This document shows, in pieces, positions 1 through 9,653 of a DNA stretch of 64,000 bases; within the stretch, counting starts at the first letter, position 1, and each line of letters begins with the position of its first letter. This stretch comes from a bacterium (GTDB lineage Bacteria; UBA8248; JACPRG01; G963555815), in the NCBI GenBank assembly GCA_965261595.1, contig CBDHDG010000005.1:16977-80976 (forward strand), written 5' to 3'. The notes below the pieces were generated by a model. The model was not told where the DNA came from. It saw only the letters and a list, made by a program, of their open reading frames with translations, and did not search any database. The translations under genes and the position numbers were made by a program.

Positions 1-1
1 C

Positions 2-598
2 GAGGTGGAGGAATACGCCCACGGCATGAGCTACGGGGCCAGCGTGCTGCGGGACGGGGTCTCGCTCACCCAGCGCCGGGAGATGCGCTCCCTGGCCCTG
101 CCGTCGGAGATCATGCGGCTCGAGAACCTGAAAGGCTATCTGAAGTTCCCCGGGCCCTGGCCCGTGGCCCGGATCGGGCTCGACTACGTCAAGAGGCCCA
201 AGGCGGCCGAACGGTTCGTGCCGAGAGAGGAAGGGCCTTCGGAGCAGGGCGGTTGGGTCTCCGATGTGACCGCGGCCGATTCCGGAAGCGGGCGCGACAC
301 CGATGCCCCGGCGCCGGACGATGCCGGGAACGAAAGCGAGCATGGCGATACGGGCGCGGCGTGCTCAGCGGCGGAATGGACCGGCGATCAACCCGAGCTC
401 GGTCTCGAGCCGGCCCCGGCCGAATGCCGCGCGGTGGAAGCGGAAGGAGCGGAAATGCCCGAGGTCCCGGTTGCCGGTTCCGGCGGCCGGGATTCCGCTC
501 TTTCCGGGCAACGGGAAGACCCCGCGGCCGATCCGGATGAACCCGAGGACAGCGGCGCCGGCGGCGCGGACGAGCGCTGTCCGGTCGACTGGCTGTGA
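2..598 (+). CDS. Type IV secretion coupling protein (TraD/VirD4-like), C-terminal fragment; 5' end lies outside the window
   Basis: Frame is open from the window edge. ...SEIMRLENLKGYLKFPGPWPVARIGLDYVKRP... resembles the C-terminal core of TraD-type T4CPs and is followed by an acidic Pro/Ala-rich tail. The stop (596-598) overlaps the relaxase start (TGATG). Confidence 0.6.
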   Translation, partial: EVEEYAHGMSYGASVLRDGVSLTQRREMRSLALPSEIMRLENLKGYLKFPGPWPVARIGLDYVKRPKAAERFVPREEGPSEQGGWVSDVTAADSGSGRDTDAPAPDDAGNESEHGDTGAACSAAEWTGDQPELGLEPAPAECRAVEAEGAEMPEVPVAGSGGRDSALSGQREDPAADPDEPEDSGAGGADERCPVDWL

Positions 599-3579
599 TG
601 GTCGTCTCGATCGGCGCCGTCGCGTCCTCTGCCCAGGGCATCTCCTATTACGAGAGGGACGGCTACTACGCGAAGGACGACCCGGCCCACAGGGACGCGA
701 GCGCCTGGACCGGCAAGGGCGCGGAGGACCTCGGCCTCTCCGGCCCGGTCGATCCGGACCTCTTCAAGGCGGTGCTGGAGGGCAAGGTACTCGACGGGAC
801 CGGACGGCAACTCGGACGCGGGGGACCCGATGGGGCCCTGCAGCACCGGCCCGGGCGTGACCTGACCTTCTCGGCTCCCAAATCCGTCTCGCTGGCGGCG
901 CTGGTCGGCGGCGACGCCCGCATCGTCGAGGCCCATGACCGGGCGGTCAAGCGCTCGCTGGCCTGGATCGAGGGCAACGCCGCCGAGACCCGGTTGAAGG
1001 ACCCGGAGACCAGCCGCATGGTCCGCGCCGGGGACCAGAAGACGGTGGCCGCGACCTTCCGGCACGACGCCTCGCGCAATCTGGATCCCCAGCTCCACAC
1101 CCACGCGGTCCTCGCCAACATGGTCCAGGGCGGGGACGGCAAGTGGCGGACCATGGCCAACGAGGCGCTCTACCGCCGCCAGAAGTTGATTGGCTTGATC
1201 TACCGGAGCGAGCTCGCGCGGGAGTTGGGCAAGCTCGGTTACGGAATCGAGAAGAGCCATGCCGACGGACGCTTCGAGATCGCCGGGGTCCCGAGGAAGG
1301 TCATCGAGGCGTTCTCGACCCGGCGGGCCGAGATCGAGGCGGCGGTGGCCGAGCGGGGCATGAGCGGCACCGCCGAGAATCAGCGCCTCGCCGAGCGCGC
1401 GGCGCTGATGACCCGGGCCCACAAGCGCGAGGTCGACAAGGCGGCGCTCAGGGCAAGCTGGGAGAAGCAGGCCGCCGGGCTGGGGTTCGACGCGCGGGCG
1501 CTCGCAGCCGAGGCCATGGCGAGGGACTCCGGCCGGGAGAACGCTCCCGCACGGGATGTCGATCCCGCTTCGGCGAATGCTGCCGGGTCTCCCACCTCCA
1601 TCGCGGAAACCGACCCAACGCGGCGGGAACCGGCAACGAAGGAGCCGGCGGCCGAGGCCGCGGAATGGGCGATGGCGCATCTCGCCGAACGCGAGGCGGT
1701 GTTCTCGCGCGCCGATCTGCTCGCCGCCGCGCTGGCCTGGCAACCGGGCGCCGTGTCCGTCGAGGCGGCGGAGAAGGCGTTGGGCGATCTCGAAGGTCAG
1801 GGACGGCTCCATGCCGCGCCGGCATTGCATGCGGGCGACGGCATGACCACCGACAAGGCCCTAGTCGACGAGCGCGAGACGATCGGGCTGATGCAGGACG
1901 GACAGGACAGAAGCCCGGTGGTGATGCGAAGCTGGATGGTGAGCGCGCGGCTACACAAGGGACCGCTGACCGAGGGGCAGAAGCAGGCCGTCAAGCTGAT
2001 CCTGTCTTCGAAGGACCGCGTCGTCGGCGTGCAGGGCTATGCCGGCACCGGCAAGACCACCATGCTGCGGCGCGCCAACGCGCTCGCGGGCAAGAGCGGC
2101 TACCGCATGATGGGACTGGCGCCGTCGGCCTCGGCGGTGAAGACGCTGGCGACCGAAGCCGGGATCGAGAGCGAGACCCTGCAACGCTTCCTCGCGCGGA
2201 ACGCCGGGGTCGCCGAAGGGCGTTTGACGAAGAAGGGCGAGAAGGAGATGCGCGCGGCGTTCGCGAAGACCGTGCTCGTGGTGGACGAGGGATCCCTCGC
2301 CTCCACGGTCCAGGCCCGCGATCTGCTCAGGATCGCGAATGCGCTCCGCGTCCCCCGCGTAGTCCTGGTCGGCGACGAGAAACAGCTCGACGCTGTCGAC
2401 GCCGGAAAACCCTTTGCGCAGTTGCAGCGGGCAGGCATGAAGACGGCGGTGATGGACGAGATCCTGCGCCAGCGCGACCCGGAGCTGAAAGCGGCCGTGG
2501 AGGCGAGCCTCGCCGGCGAGATCGGCAAGGCCTTCGAGAAGCTCGGCCCCAACGTGGCCGAGGTCCAGGCCGACAACATCGCGGGCGCGGTGGCGGCGCG
2601 CTGGCTCAAGCTGTCCCCCGAGGCGAGAGAGAACACCGGCGTCATGGCGCCGAGCCATGAGCTTCGCCGGGAGATCAACGGCCATATCCGGGAGCGCCTC
2701 GCGCGCGACGGCAGGATCCACGGCCCCGCCTTCACGGGTGAGCGGCTGGTCTCCCACGGCTACACGAACGCCGAGAAGTCGCTCGCCGCCAACTACGCCG
2801 AGGGCGATATCGTCGCCTTCCACCGCCCCTACAAGACGCTCGGAATCGACAAGGGCGACGAGCGGCGGGTCGCCGACGTGGATCACAAGAGCCATACGGT
2901 GATACTCGAAGGCGGGGACGGCAGGACCGTTCCGTGGAAGCCAGGCCGGATCGCCGGGCGGACAGGCGGCGCCGAGGTCTACCGGGCCGATGGGATCGAG
3001 CTTCGCGCCGGAGACCGCATCCGCTGGACCCGCAACGACAAGGGCCTCGGCCTCGTCAACAGCCGCACCGCCGAGGTCGCGAGCGTGAAGGACGGCCGTG
3101 TGGCCTTCCGTCTGGAGGACGGGCGCATGCTCGACATGAAGGCGGGCGATCCCCAGCTGCGCCATCTCGACCACGCCTGGGCCTCGACCGTGCATGCCTT
3201 CCAGGGCCGGACGGTGGACAACGTGATCGCCGCGATGGAGGCCAATCACCCCCACCTCACCACGCAGAAGAGCTTCTATGTGGAGATCAGCCGCGCCCGC
3301 GACCGGGCCGAGTTGGTGACGGACGATGCGGCGCGGCTGCGCGAGCAACTCGAAACCGCCACCGGCGAGCGGATCTCGGCACTAGAGGGGATCGGAGAGG
3401 CGGCGCGGGACGCGCCGGCAAAGGGCATGGAAGCGGGTGAGAGGGCCGGACGATCGCCGGATCGAGGCGTGGAATCCGGTGCCGGGATGGAGCGAGACGG
3501 CGGCGGACAGGCGTCGAAGGATCGGGAACCTGCCCAGCCCGTGCGCGAAAAATCCACCGGGATGGACTTCGGCCTGTAG
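595..3579 (+). CDS. Conjugative relaxase: TrwC/TraI (MOBF)-type N-terminal domain fused to a RecD-like helicase
   Basis: N-terminal GISYYERDGYY. His-triad motif RHDASRNLDPQLHTHAVLANM. Walker A GVQGYAGTGKTT and Walker B VLVVDEGSL in the C-terminal half. 994 aa, coupled to the upstream T4CP gene. Confidence 0.9.
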   Translation: MMVVSIGAVASSAQGISYYERDGYYAKDDPAHRDASAWTGKGAEDLGLSGPVDPDLFKAVLEGKVLDGTGRQLGRGGPDGALQHRPGRDLTFSAPKSVSLAALVGGDARIVEAHDRAVKRSLAWIEGNAAETRLKDPETSRMVRAGDQKTVAATFRHDASRNLDPQLHTHAVLANMVQGGDGKWRTMANEALYRRQKLIGLIYRSELARELGKLGYGIEKSHADGRFEIAGVPRKVIEAFSTRRAEIEAAVAERGMSGTAENQRLAERAALMTRAHKREVDKAALRASWEKQAAGLGFDARALAAEAMARDSGRENAPARDVDPASANAAGSPTSIAETDPTRREPATKEPAAEAAEWAMAHLAEREAVFSRADLLAAALAWQPGAVSVEAAEKALGDLEGQGRLHAAPALHAGDGMTTDKALVDERETIGLMQDGQDRSPVVMRSWMVSARLHKGPLTEGQKQAVKLILSSKDRVVGVQGYAGTGKTTMLRRANALAGKSGYRMMGLAPSASAVKTLATEAGIESETLQRFLARNAGVAEGRLTKKGEKEMRAAFAKTVLVVDEGSLASTVQARDLLRIANALRVPRVVLVGDEKQLDAVDAGKPFAQLQRAGMKTAVMDEILRQRDPELKAAVEASLAGEIGKAFEKLGPNVAEVQADNIAGAVAARWLKLSPEARENTGVMAPSHELRREINGHIRERLARDGRIHGPAFTGERLVSHGYTNAEKSLAANYAEGDIVAFHRPYKTLGIDKGDERRVADVDHKSHTVILEGGDGRTVPWKPGRIAGRTGGAEVYRADGIELRAGDRIRWTRNDKGLGLVNSRTAEVASVKDGRVAFRLEDGRMLDMKAGDPQLRHLDHAWASTVHAFQGRTVDNVIAAMEANHPHLTTQKSFYVEISRARDRAELVTDDAARLREQLETATGERISALEGIGEAARDAPAKGMEAGERAGRSPDRGVESGAGMERDGGGQASKDREPAQPVREKSTGMDFGL

Positions 3580-4222
3580 TGTGGAGAAACTAACCGCCGC
3601 CGGGCATCTCCGCGCTTGCGACGACTCGTTTTTCTTCTACACATCAGACGCATCTTCGATGCTATGAGCGAGTCCGGTCCATCCCAAGGGACCGATTTCT
3701 ACTTTGTAACAGTCGATTAGGCCGTTTTCGGCCTCACACCGCGCCCCCCTGCGCGGGACGAGGCAAGCCGGCCGAAATGGACTTCGGCTTGTAAGCGAGG
3801 AACCGGTGTTGCCGTATCCTTTGGCGGGCTGTATCGTCATGATATTGAGCGGGGTTGTGGTATTTTCGGCGAGCGGTGGAGGGTTTTGGTTCATGGCGGC
3901 GGTGACGCGAGCCCACTTTAGAGAGGTGGTCATCCGGGAGGCCGGCTTGCCGCGCGACAAGGCGTCGCGGACTGGCCACAATCCCGCGACCGGCATGGAG
4001 GCGCCGATATCGCCGCACCGTGTGGTGACGTTCCGGCCGTTGCTCTGGCCGAGGGATTGGGAAAATAGCGGAATGGCGGGCACCGGCCGGAACGTCGGCC
4101 TGGAGTATTTCCGTCCGCCGGTTCGGGCGTCCATCTGCAACGAAGTCCAGGAATTTGTGAAGGCCGGCGCCAAAAGAGACAGCTGATCGAGTTCCGCATG
4201 GGCTTGATCGGAAACACAGATT

Positions 4223-4717
4223 GTGGCATACATGAATCTGGTGGAGGAGGCTCGGCCAGTGAGTGAGTCGTCCAGTTTCAAAATATCCGTTTGGAGCGCT
4301 TTTGCGCCCCAAACCGATCTGGCTATCGATACAGGTTCAGGTGAGCCGCAGGTTCGTGTGGTGGCCAAACAAAGTTCCGGCCTCCATAAGGAAGTATTCG
4401 GCTGGCGCATGTCCGAAGATCTTTTTGCCGGAATCGCCGACGAAAGTGACCGAGACAAACTGAAAGCGGCTTTATTCGACAAGATGGCAATCGACATCGA
4501 TCCGAATAAACGCTCAATCGATTCCCTCAAGTCTTTTGTCGATGTGGCTAACGAGATTCTTGACGCCAACCGTGTCGAATGGATCGGAAGCCAAAACCCT
4601 TCTGGAGACGATGACGAGAAAGGACGCCTGAATCCGCTACTCGCGCTGGTCAATCACCTATCATGGCTGATCGGCATGTTCAAGGACATGCCTAATACAT
4701 CGATCAGTGTTCGATGA
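4223..4717 (+). CDS. Hypothetical protein (164 aa), first gene of the low-GC three-gene cassette
   Basis: ORF with GTG at 4223 (alternative ATG at 4232). Its stop overlaps the next start as ATGA (4714-4717). G+C is visibly lower than the flanks. I recognise no motif. Confidence 0.55.
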   Translation: MAYMNLVEEARPVSESSSFKISVWSAFAPQTDLAIDTGSGEPQVRVVAKQSSGLHKEVFGWRMSEDLFAGIADESDRDKLKAALFDKMAIDIDPNKRSIDSLKSFVDVANEILDANRVEWIGSQNPSGDDDEKGRLNPLLALVNHLSWLIGMFKDMPNTSISVR

Positions 4718-6789
4718 TGGCCAAGAGTCTTACGCCGCCCGCCGATACCGTTGAAGCGGTTGCAGGCCTGTTCGAGCCAAACTCCATTTGCAACCTATCG
4801 ATACGGGAAGACCGTGCGTTCGGTCCCTCCGAGTTTCTTTGTCTCGGATCGATAAGACTTTTCCCGGAGGATAACGGTTTAGAGCACCGTGCTCGGGCCG
4901 TCCGGCGCGGGGCGTTTGAGTGGCGCGCGCCCGATGTCGCGGCGGTCAATAAAGAAATTCAGGAAGTCCTCGGCATTAAAGACCTGAAAGAAGAAGCAGG
5001 TATCCGGGCAAAGGACAAGGTCCTGAGAATTCTCGACATGTTCGGCGCCGTTCCGGTCCGTCTTGGTCTGAGTCATCCGATTTTCGATCCCCATGCTCTT
5101 GAGGACATGCCGTTTCGCCGACCGGTAACGGTCGTAAGTGACACGTCGGGCGTCTTGCAGGGCGGCCTCGGCTTTATATCGCGATATTTGCATCCGGCCG
5201 CCCGTATCAAGGTACCGGCCGTGACGCATATGGAGATTGTTAATTTCGCCGACAGATTTCTTAAAAATAGACGTGCGAGTAAAGTGAAGCGGCCGGACCT
5301 CATGATAGATCACCTCAATAGCCAAGCCGGCCAGAGAGTTCTTGTGCAACTTGAACTGCGTTCGGACGTCGAATTGGAAAGAACCTTCCTGTTAGGCGAT
5401 CCTTTGAGGGGTTCGTTTCAACATGATCAGGACCGGGAACTCAGTCAACTGAATCTCAGTATCCCGATCAAGTCGTACTCAGACCGACTGATTCTGGAAG
5501 CCACACGGCAACATCGGTCACAGGCGGATTCCAGTCATCGGGTCATGTTGCTCACGGGCGACCAAGGTCTAGCGCGCATGGCCATGGCGGAGGGAATAAA
5601 CTCGATATATTTCCACAGCGCGGGAGCCGATGCGTTCTTCGGCAAGCGCTTCACGGGAGCGAATTTCCATCCGTTTTCCGAGGAACTTCACACTACGAGT
5701 ATTCCGGAAATTCTATGGGAACTCGCCACCATTTCCGGCTGTGCGCGGCTGTCCGCGGAAGATCCCGAACGAAATCTAACGGTTCATGCAATCGGCGAAG
5801 ACCTTGCATGGGCTCCCTATCATTCGCAAGACGATCTTCTCTGGGTTGAATTTCCTGACGGTCCAGCGACTTCGTGTGGGCCGGTGGTCCGGAGCGCCGA
5901 AGCGACGCTCTCACCGGAGGCCAAGAGCCACGCCGTCGCGGAAGCGCCCAGCGGAAGCCGAGCCCGCCCGCCCGCCCGTCGGGGACCATTGGGCGAGGGC
6001 GGGGCCGCGAAGGCGGCCCTCTACAAGTTCAATCTCGGTCGTCTATTCGCCCTGATCGATAAATTGGAAATCCGTCAACAGCTTCCTGTCAACGAAGTTA
6101 TGACATCGCTTGGCGTTCGCACCGCAAGCGGACTGAGCGACTATCGTCGTTTCCTGGAGTCGGGCAAAACGATATTCGTGGACGAAGGAAGCTGGTCGGC
6201 GGCCCCTCCTCTGAGTCGTATCGCGGTTGTTCTCCAGAACGCCGATGTCGACGAATTGCGAAAAGAGCTTCGCTTGTTTCCGTCATATGTAGAACTGGAG
6301 CGGGTGTTGTCACAGGAAGCTGTCGGGGGTGCGTTCGATGCGACAACTTTCGGGCGGGCAGCGTATACGTATACGGCCTTGGCGGAGCTTGCGGAGCTTG
6401 GTGCATCCGTTCAGGGAAAGGGCTTTTTCGTCACCCCACGAGATCCCGGCGATGATGAGTTCGCGAAGATCGCCGTATCCGCATATGATCGGTTGGAGCT
6501 AGGCGGCAACTGGGTCGCGACGGGACGCTGGCTTGAAGAACTGATCGTGAATGATGGAATCCACCCCGTCGTTGCGCGGCGACGGCTGCAATCCGCCGCC
6601 AACCATGGCTTGGTCAAGCGCGTTACCGAAGGATCGACTACGGAAACCGGGCATGACCTTCAGACACTGAGGACGCTGGCGTTGAAGGACGGTGTCCCGT
6701 ATGTGAAGGTGGAGTATCTTTACAGAGGTGATTTCCTCATTCCGGGGAAAGCCAGTTCGAGTTTGAAAATCGAAATGATTGAGACATGA
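4714..6789 (+). CDS. PIN-like nuclease domain protein (691 aa) with an uncharacterised N-terminal region and a long C-terminal region
   Basis: Acidic residues are spaced as in PIN/YacL-type domains: VVSDTSGVLQGG, VTHMEIVNFADRF, YSDRLILEA, LLTGDQGLARMA. ATGA overlaps at both ends (4714-4717, 6786-6789). Confidence 0.7.
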   Translation: MMAKSLTPPADTVEAVAGLFEPNSICNLSIREDRAFGPSEFLCLGSIRLFPEDNGLEHRARAVRRGAFEWRAPDVAAVNKEIQEVLGIKDLKEEAGIRAKDKVLRILDMFGAVPVRLGLSHPIFDPHALEDMPFRRPVTVVSDTSGVLQGGLGFISRYLHPAARIKVPAVTHMEIVNFADRFLKNRRASKVKRPDLMIDHLNSQAGQRVLVQLELRSDVELERTFLLGDPLRGSFQHDQDRELSQLNLSIPIKSYSDRLILEATRQHRSQADSSHRVMLLTGDQGLARMAMAEGINSIYFHSAGADAFFGKRFTGANFHPFSEELHTTSIPEILWELATISGCARLSAEDPERNLTVHAIGEDLAWAPYHSQDDLLWVEFPDGPATSCGPVVRSAEATLSPEAKSHAVAEAPSGSRARPPARRGPLGEGGAAKAALYKFNLGRLFALIDKLEIRQQLPVNEVMTSLGVRTASGLSDYRRFLESGKTIFVDEGSWSAAPPLSRIAVVLQNADVDELRKELRLFPSYVELERVLSQEAVGGAFDATTFGRAAYTYTALAELAELGASVQGKGFFVTPRDPGDDEFAKIAVSAYDRLELGGNWVATGRWLEELIVNDGIHPVVARRRLQSAANHGLVKRVTEGSTTETGHDLQTLRTLALKDGVPYVKVEYLYRGDFLIPGKASSSLKIEMIET

Positions 6790-7886
6790 GCCTCCGCGAA
6801 AAACTGGGGAGTAAGCAGGGAACCAGCCGCGATTCTCTTCTGTCGGACTTCGGCGTTCTTTCCAACCCCTTTCCGACTGCGAATCAGACCCTTGATAATC
6901 CTCATTATCCTGTACCGAAGGATGATGAGGCAGAAGAAAGAATTATTACGTTCCTGCGGGAGATGAAATCCGAAGTCCTGGTTGTTCTCGGCACCCAAGG
7001 GGTCGGAAAAACCAATTTCCTCAATTACCTAGACGGGCAAATCCAAGAAGTAAAAGACACACTGGACGGCTACTACATTGTCCGGTATATGGCTGATCCG
7101 GAACCGTCCTTCGACGCGACGGTTCGCATGATCTTTTTGGAATTCGGGATTCCACATCTTAAAAAAATCGCGGAATCTCTATCCAATTCACGCGATGCGT
7201 TGTCTACCGTTAGATCCTATGACCTGAGAGAGGCCCTGTCGGCCCTTTCCGATAATCCTGACGATAACGAACTTCTCGGGCTTTGCCAACAGTGGTTGTT
7301 CGGCTCGCGTCTTCTGAAGGCTCACAGGAACGGCCTCGGTGTCAACTTTAGGCTGGACACAGTGGAATCACGCACGGCAGCATTACGAGACTATATCATG
7401 CTCAGCGCGGAACTGGGATTATTGAAGGGCATATTCCTTTTGCTTGACGAGTTAGAAAAGCAGGCGGGCGTGCTCGGTCCCACAGCGGTGGTCCGCTACC
7501 TGTCGGGTTTACGGGCGATCATGGACGCACTTCCGAAGCATCTGTTTATGATCATAGCTGTTACGCCGGACGCGATGCGCAGGTATTCAAGCGCCCTTCC
7601 CGCCTTTCGGAGCAGGTTGGAAAATCAGATTGAGTTAGAGCCTCTTGCCAATTCCAAAGAGGCAATGGGTTTGGCGAAATTCTATCTGGAGAAAGCGAAG
7701 TCGGCGGTTCCCGTGAAGCAAAGGAAATCGGGCTCGCGAGATTTGGTGACCGAGCCAGAGATGTTAAATATTTTTAACGATTCAATGAAGTTATCGAAAC
7801 GCCGCGGCGACGACGGTGTTCGGCAGCGAGAATTTCTGAACGGGCTACACGACATCGCGGAAAAGAAAATTCAAAAACGTGTGTGA
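6786..7886 (+). CDS. P-loop AAA+ ATPase, ExeA/AAA_22-like (366 aa)
   Basis: Walker A VLGTQGVGKTNF and Walker B IFLLLDELEK. The N-terminal FGVLSNPFP resembles the FGL..PF start of ExeA-like ATPases. Start overlaps the stop of the PIN-like gene. Confidence 0.75.
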   Translation: MSLREKLGSKQGTSRDSLLSDFGVLSNPFPTANQTLDNPHYPVPKDDEAEERIITFLREMKSEVLVVLGTQGVGKTNFLNYLDGQIQEVKDTLDGYYIVRYMADPEPSFDATVRMIFLEFGIPHLKKIAESLSNSRDALSTVRSYDLREALSALSDNPDDNELLGLCQQWLFGSRLLKAHRNGLGVNFRLDTVESRTAALRDYIMLSAELGLLKGIFLLLDELEKQAGVLGPTAVVRYLSGLRAIMDALPKHLFMIIAVTPDAMRRYSSALPAFRSRLENQIELEPLANSKEAMGLAKFYLEKAKSAVPVKQRKSGSRDLVTEPEMLNIFNDSMKLSKRRGDDGVRQREFLNGLHDIAEKKIQKRV

Positions 7887-8046
7887 CCGGGTTGACAGGG
7901 ACGGCTCCGTCATCGATTCAGGATGGCTGCGCGCGCCCCTCACGCATCAGTAATACCAAACTGAACTGGCAATGCACGGCAGGTTTATGCGGTTGCGTTG
8001 GGGGCGGTAGCCCAACAGCGGTACATAATGGAGGCGATCCGGTCGA

Positions 8047-8615
8047 TCAGCCGATCCCGGGATCGGGGCGATCGGGCGCCAATTCGTCCAGCCTGGGGCC
8101 GAAGACACGCTTGAAATCCAGCAGTTTGTCGATCATCCAATCTTCTATTTCTTTCAGCGTCTCCGAGTCGCCGTCAATGCTACCTTGGCGCACGACCGCA
8201 ATGCGGCTCGCCCTGTGATCGTCCAGGCGTTCCCAATTCAAGCGATTCCGAGAGTTCGGATTCGATGGATTCTTTTCGTTCCATGAGGCGGTCGAACAGA
8301 ATCTTGTTCCAATCCCTATCGGTGTTATCGATATAAACTTCAATCCTGGCTCTTTTCTCTTGAACGAAAGTAGCGCCGTATTGAACGCGTTGCGCATGCC
8401 CCGCCGAGAAGTAGTACCAACTTTGAAGCTGCGCCTTGCGCACATTCGTGAATCCTCGCTCTCTGAGCGCGTCCATGATTTCCTGCAAAAAACGCTTGGT
8501 AGCGAAGGTTCTTATCCGAGTCCCCAAGCCAAGGAGTGAAATCGGCGGCCTCGTGCGGCCAAGCCTCACGGAGGTCGGCCTTTTCGATGCGACCAAGTCC
8601 CGCCGTTTCCGTCAT
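8047..8615 (-). pseudogene. DUF4268-containing nuclease-like gene, internally deleted and frameshifted
   Basis: Homology runs through three overlapping frames. The N-terminus is LGRIEKADLREAWPHEAADFTPWL (ORF 8340-8693). The DUF4268 core is WYYFSAG...IEVYIDNTDRDWNKILFDRLMERKESIESEL (8180-8596). The tail is NWERLDDHRASRIAV... (8047-8445). The expected nuclease core between TPWL and DUF4268 is missing. Confidence 0.6.
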
Positions 8616-8689
8616 TGTTCTCTCCCTCCCTTTCGGTTTTCCATCGAACGCATGCGGTTCAGTAGCCGGGTGTTTCTCGACGGCCGGCT

Positions 8690-9073
8690 TCATTTCGAGG
8701 CATCTTCCAGGATCGTCGCCTGGGTCTCCCGGGCCAATTTTATCATCTCGTCGAGTTCGTCGCCGCGCCCTTCGCGGAGCATTTCATCGCGTTTGAGGGT
8801 CGCAACGATGTACGTGCTTCGATAGATGCGCTCGATCAGCGCGACGATTCCTAGCGGCATCACGGTGGGGTCCGCGATGTTCTTGTTCCGGGCGAGGTTC
8901 AGAGCGGCATCGCGGACAAACTCGGCAGCCGGGATTTTATGCTCTGCTGCCGCCGTTTTGACCCGTTCCCACTCGGAATCCGAGAACCGGATTGCCCGCG
9001 GCGTGCGCGTGTCGGTCTGCTTTTCGTCTGGAGTCGCGCCGGTTTCAGCGTCAGTTCGCTCGTTTTCGCTCAT
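8690..9073 (-). CDS. Ribbon-helix-helix (CopG/MobC-like) DNA-binding protein
   Basis: From ATG 9073: MSENER...PRAIRFSDSEWERVKTAAAEHKIPAAEFVRDAAL, a typical RHH beta-strand plus helix pattern. 127 aa. Confidence 0.6.
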   Translation of the reverse strand: MSENERTDAETGATPDEKQTDTRTPRAIRFSDSEWERVKTAAAEHKIPAAEFVRDAALNLARNKNIADPTVMPLGIVALIERIYRSTYIVATLKRDEMLREGRGDELDEMIKLARETQATILEDASK

Positions 9074-9167
9074 GGTTTTCTCTCTCCGGGTCGCGGTTTT
9101 CGTTCGGAAATGCACAGATTTCCCCAGGGAACGGAAGCGGTTCCGTGCTCCACAGCGTCTAATCCCC

Positions 9168-9280
9168 GTATATCGGTGCAGCATACACGGCCGTCACAAC
9201 TGCGACATGAGCGTATACCGGTCGTATGCCGGTCAGAAACAAAATACAGCAATATCAATGTTTTAGACTCGTATATCGGT
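9168..9280. promoter_or_regulatory. Four copies of GTAT[AG][TC]CGGT upstream of the RHH gene (candidate operator or relaxosome-accessory binding sites)
   Basis: gtatatcggt 9168-9177, gtataccggt 9213-9222, gtatgccggt 9224-9233 (abutting tandem with the previous copy), gtatatcggt 9271-9280. All lie 95-207 bp upstream of ATG 9073. Confidence 0.4.
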
Positions 9281-9653
9281 ACGGCATACGCTCGATCCAA
9301 CAACACCGGGGCAGCTATTGGTGCCGTTTGCGCGGGAAACGGGATGACAAGCGCGCACCTAGATGCGAGGGCATCAACGATGCGTGGGGTGTGAGAGTAA
9401 AAGCGCCGACCGGCGTCCGACAGACCAAAATGTGAGGAACGAGCGAAGAGGGGATCTCCGCGGGCGCGTGACGCGCGGGGGAGCCGCCGCGGCGATTGAG
9501 CGGGCGGCCGTGCGGAGCACAGTGCATGGAGCGGTGCAGGACGGATTGAGCAGTGGGGTCCGCACCGGTGCGGTGCACAGTGCAGCGGGACGTGAAGGAA
9601 GGAAGAACGGGCCGCGCCGCCGGGTGGCGACGCGACCCGCGAGGTCGTTCGAC

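Noticed and set aside
388-3348. Long ORFs overlapping the relaxase gene in other frames or on the opposite strand (388-1830 minus, 1143-2660 plus, 1951-3348 minus)
   Set aside because: They are Arg/Gly/Pro/Ala-rich shadow ORFs typical of high-GC DNA. The relaxase frame carries all the recognisable motifs.
3637-4653. 338-aa minus-strand ORF and the mirrored 126-aa plus-strand ORF (3806-4186) between the relaxase and the cassette
   Set aside because: Their third codon positions coincide, so GC3 cannot discriminate between them. Neither has a motif or RBS that I can support. The minus ORF also overlaps the better-supported gene at 4223-4717. I left the region unannotated.
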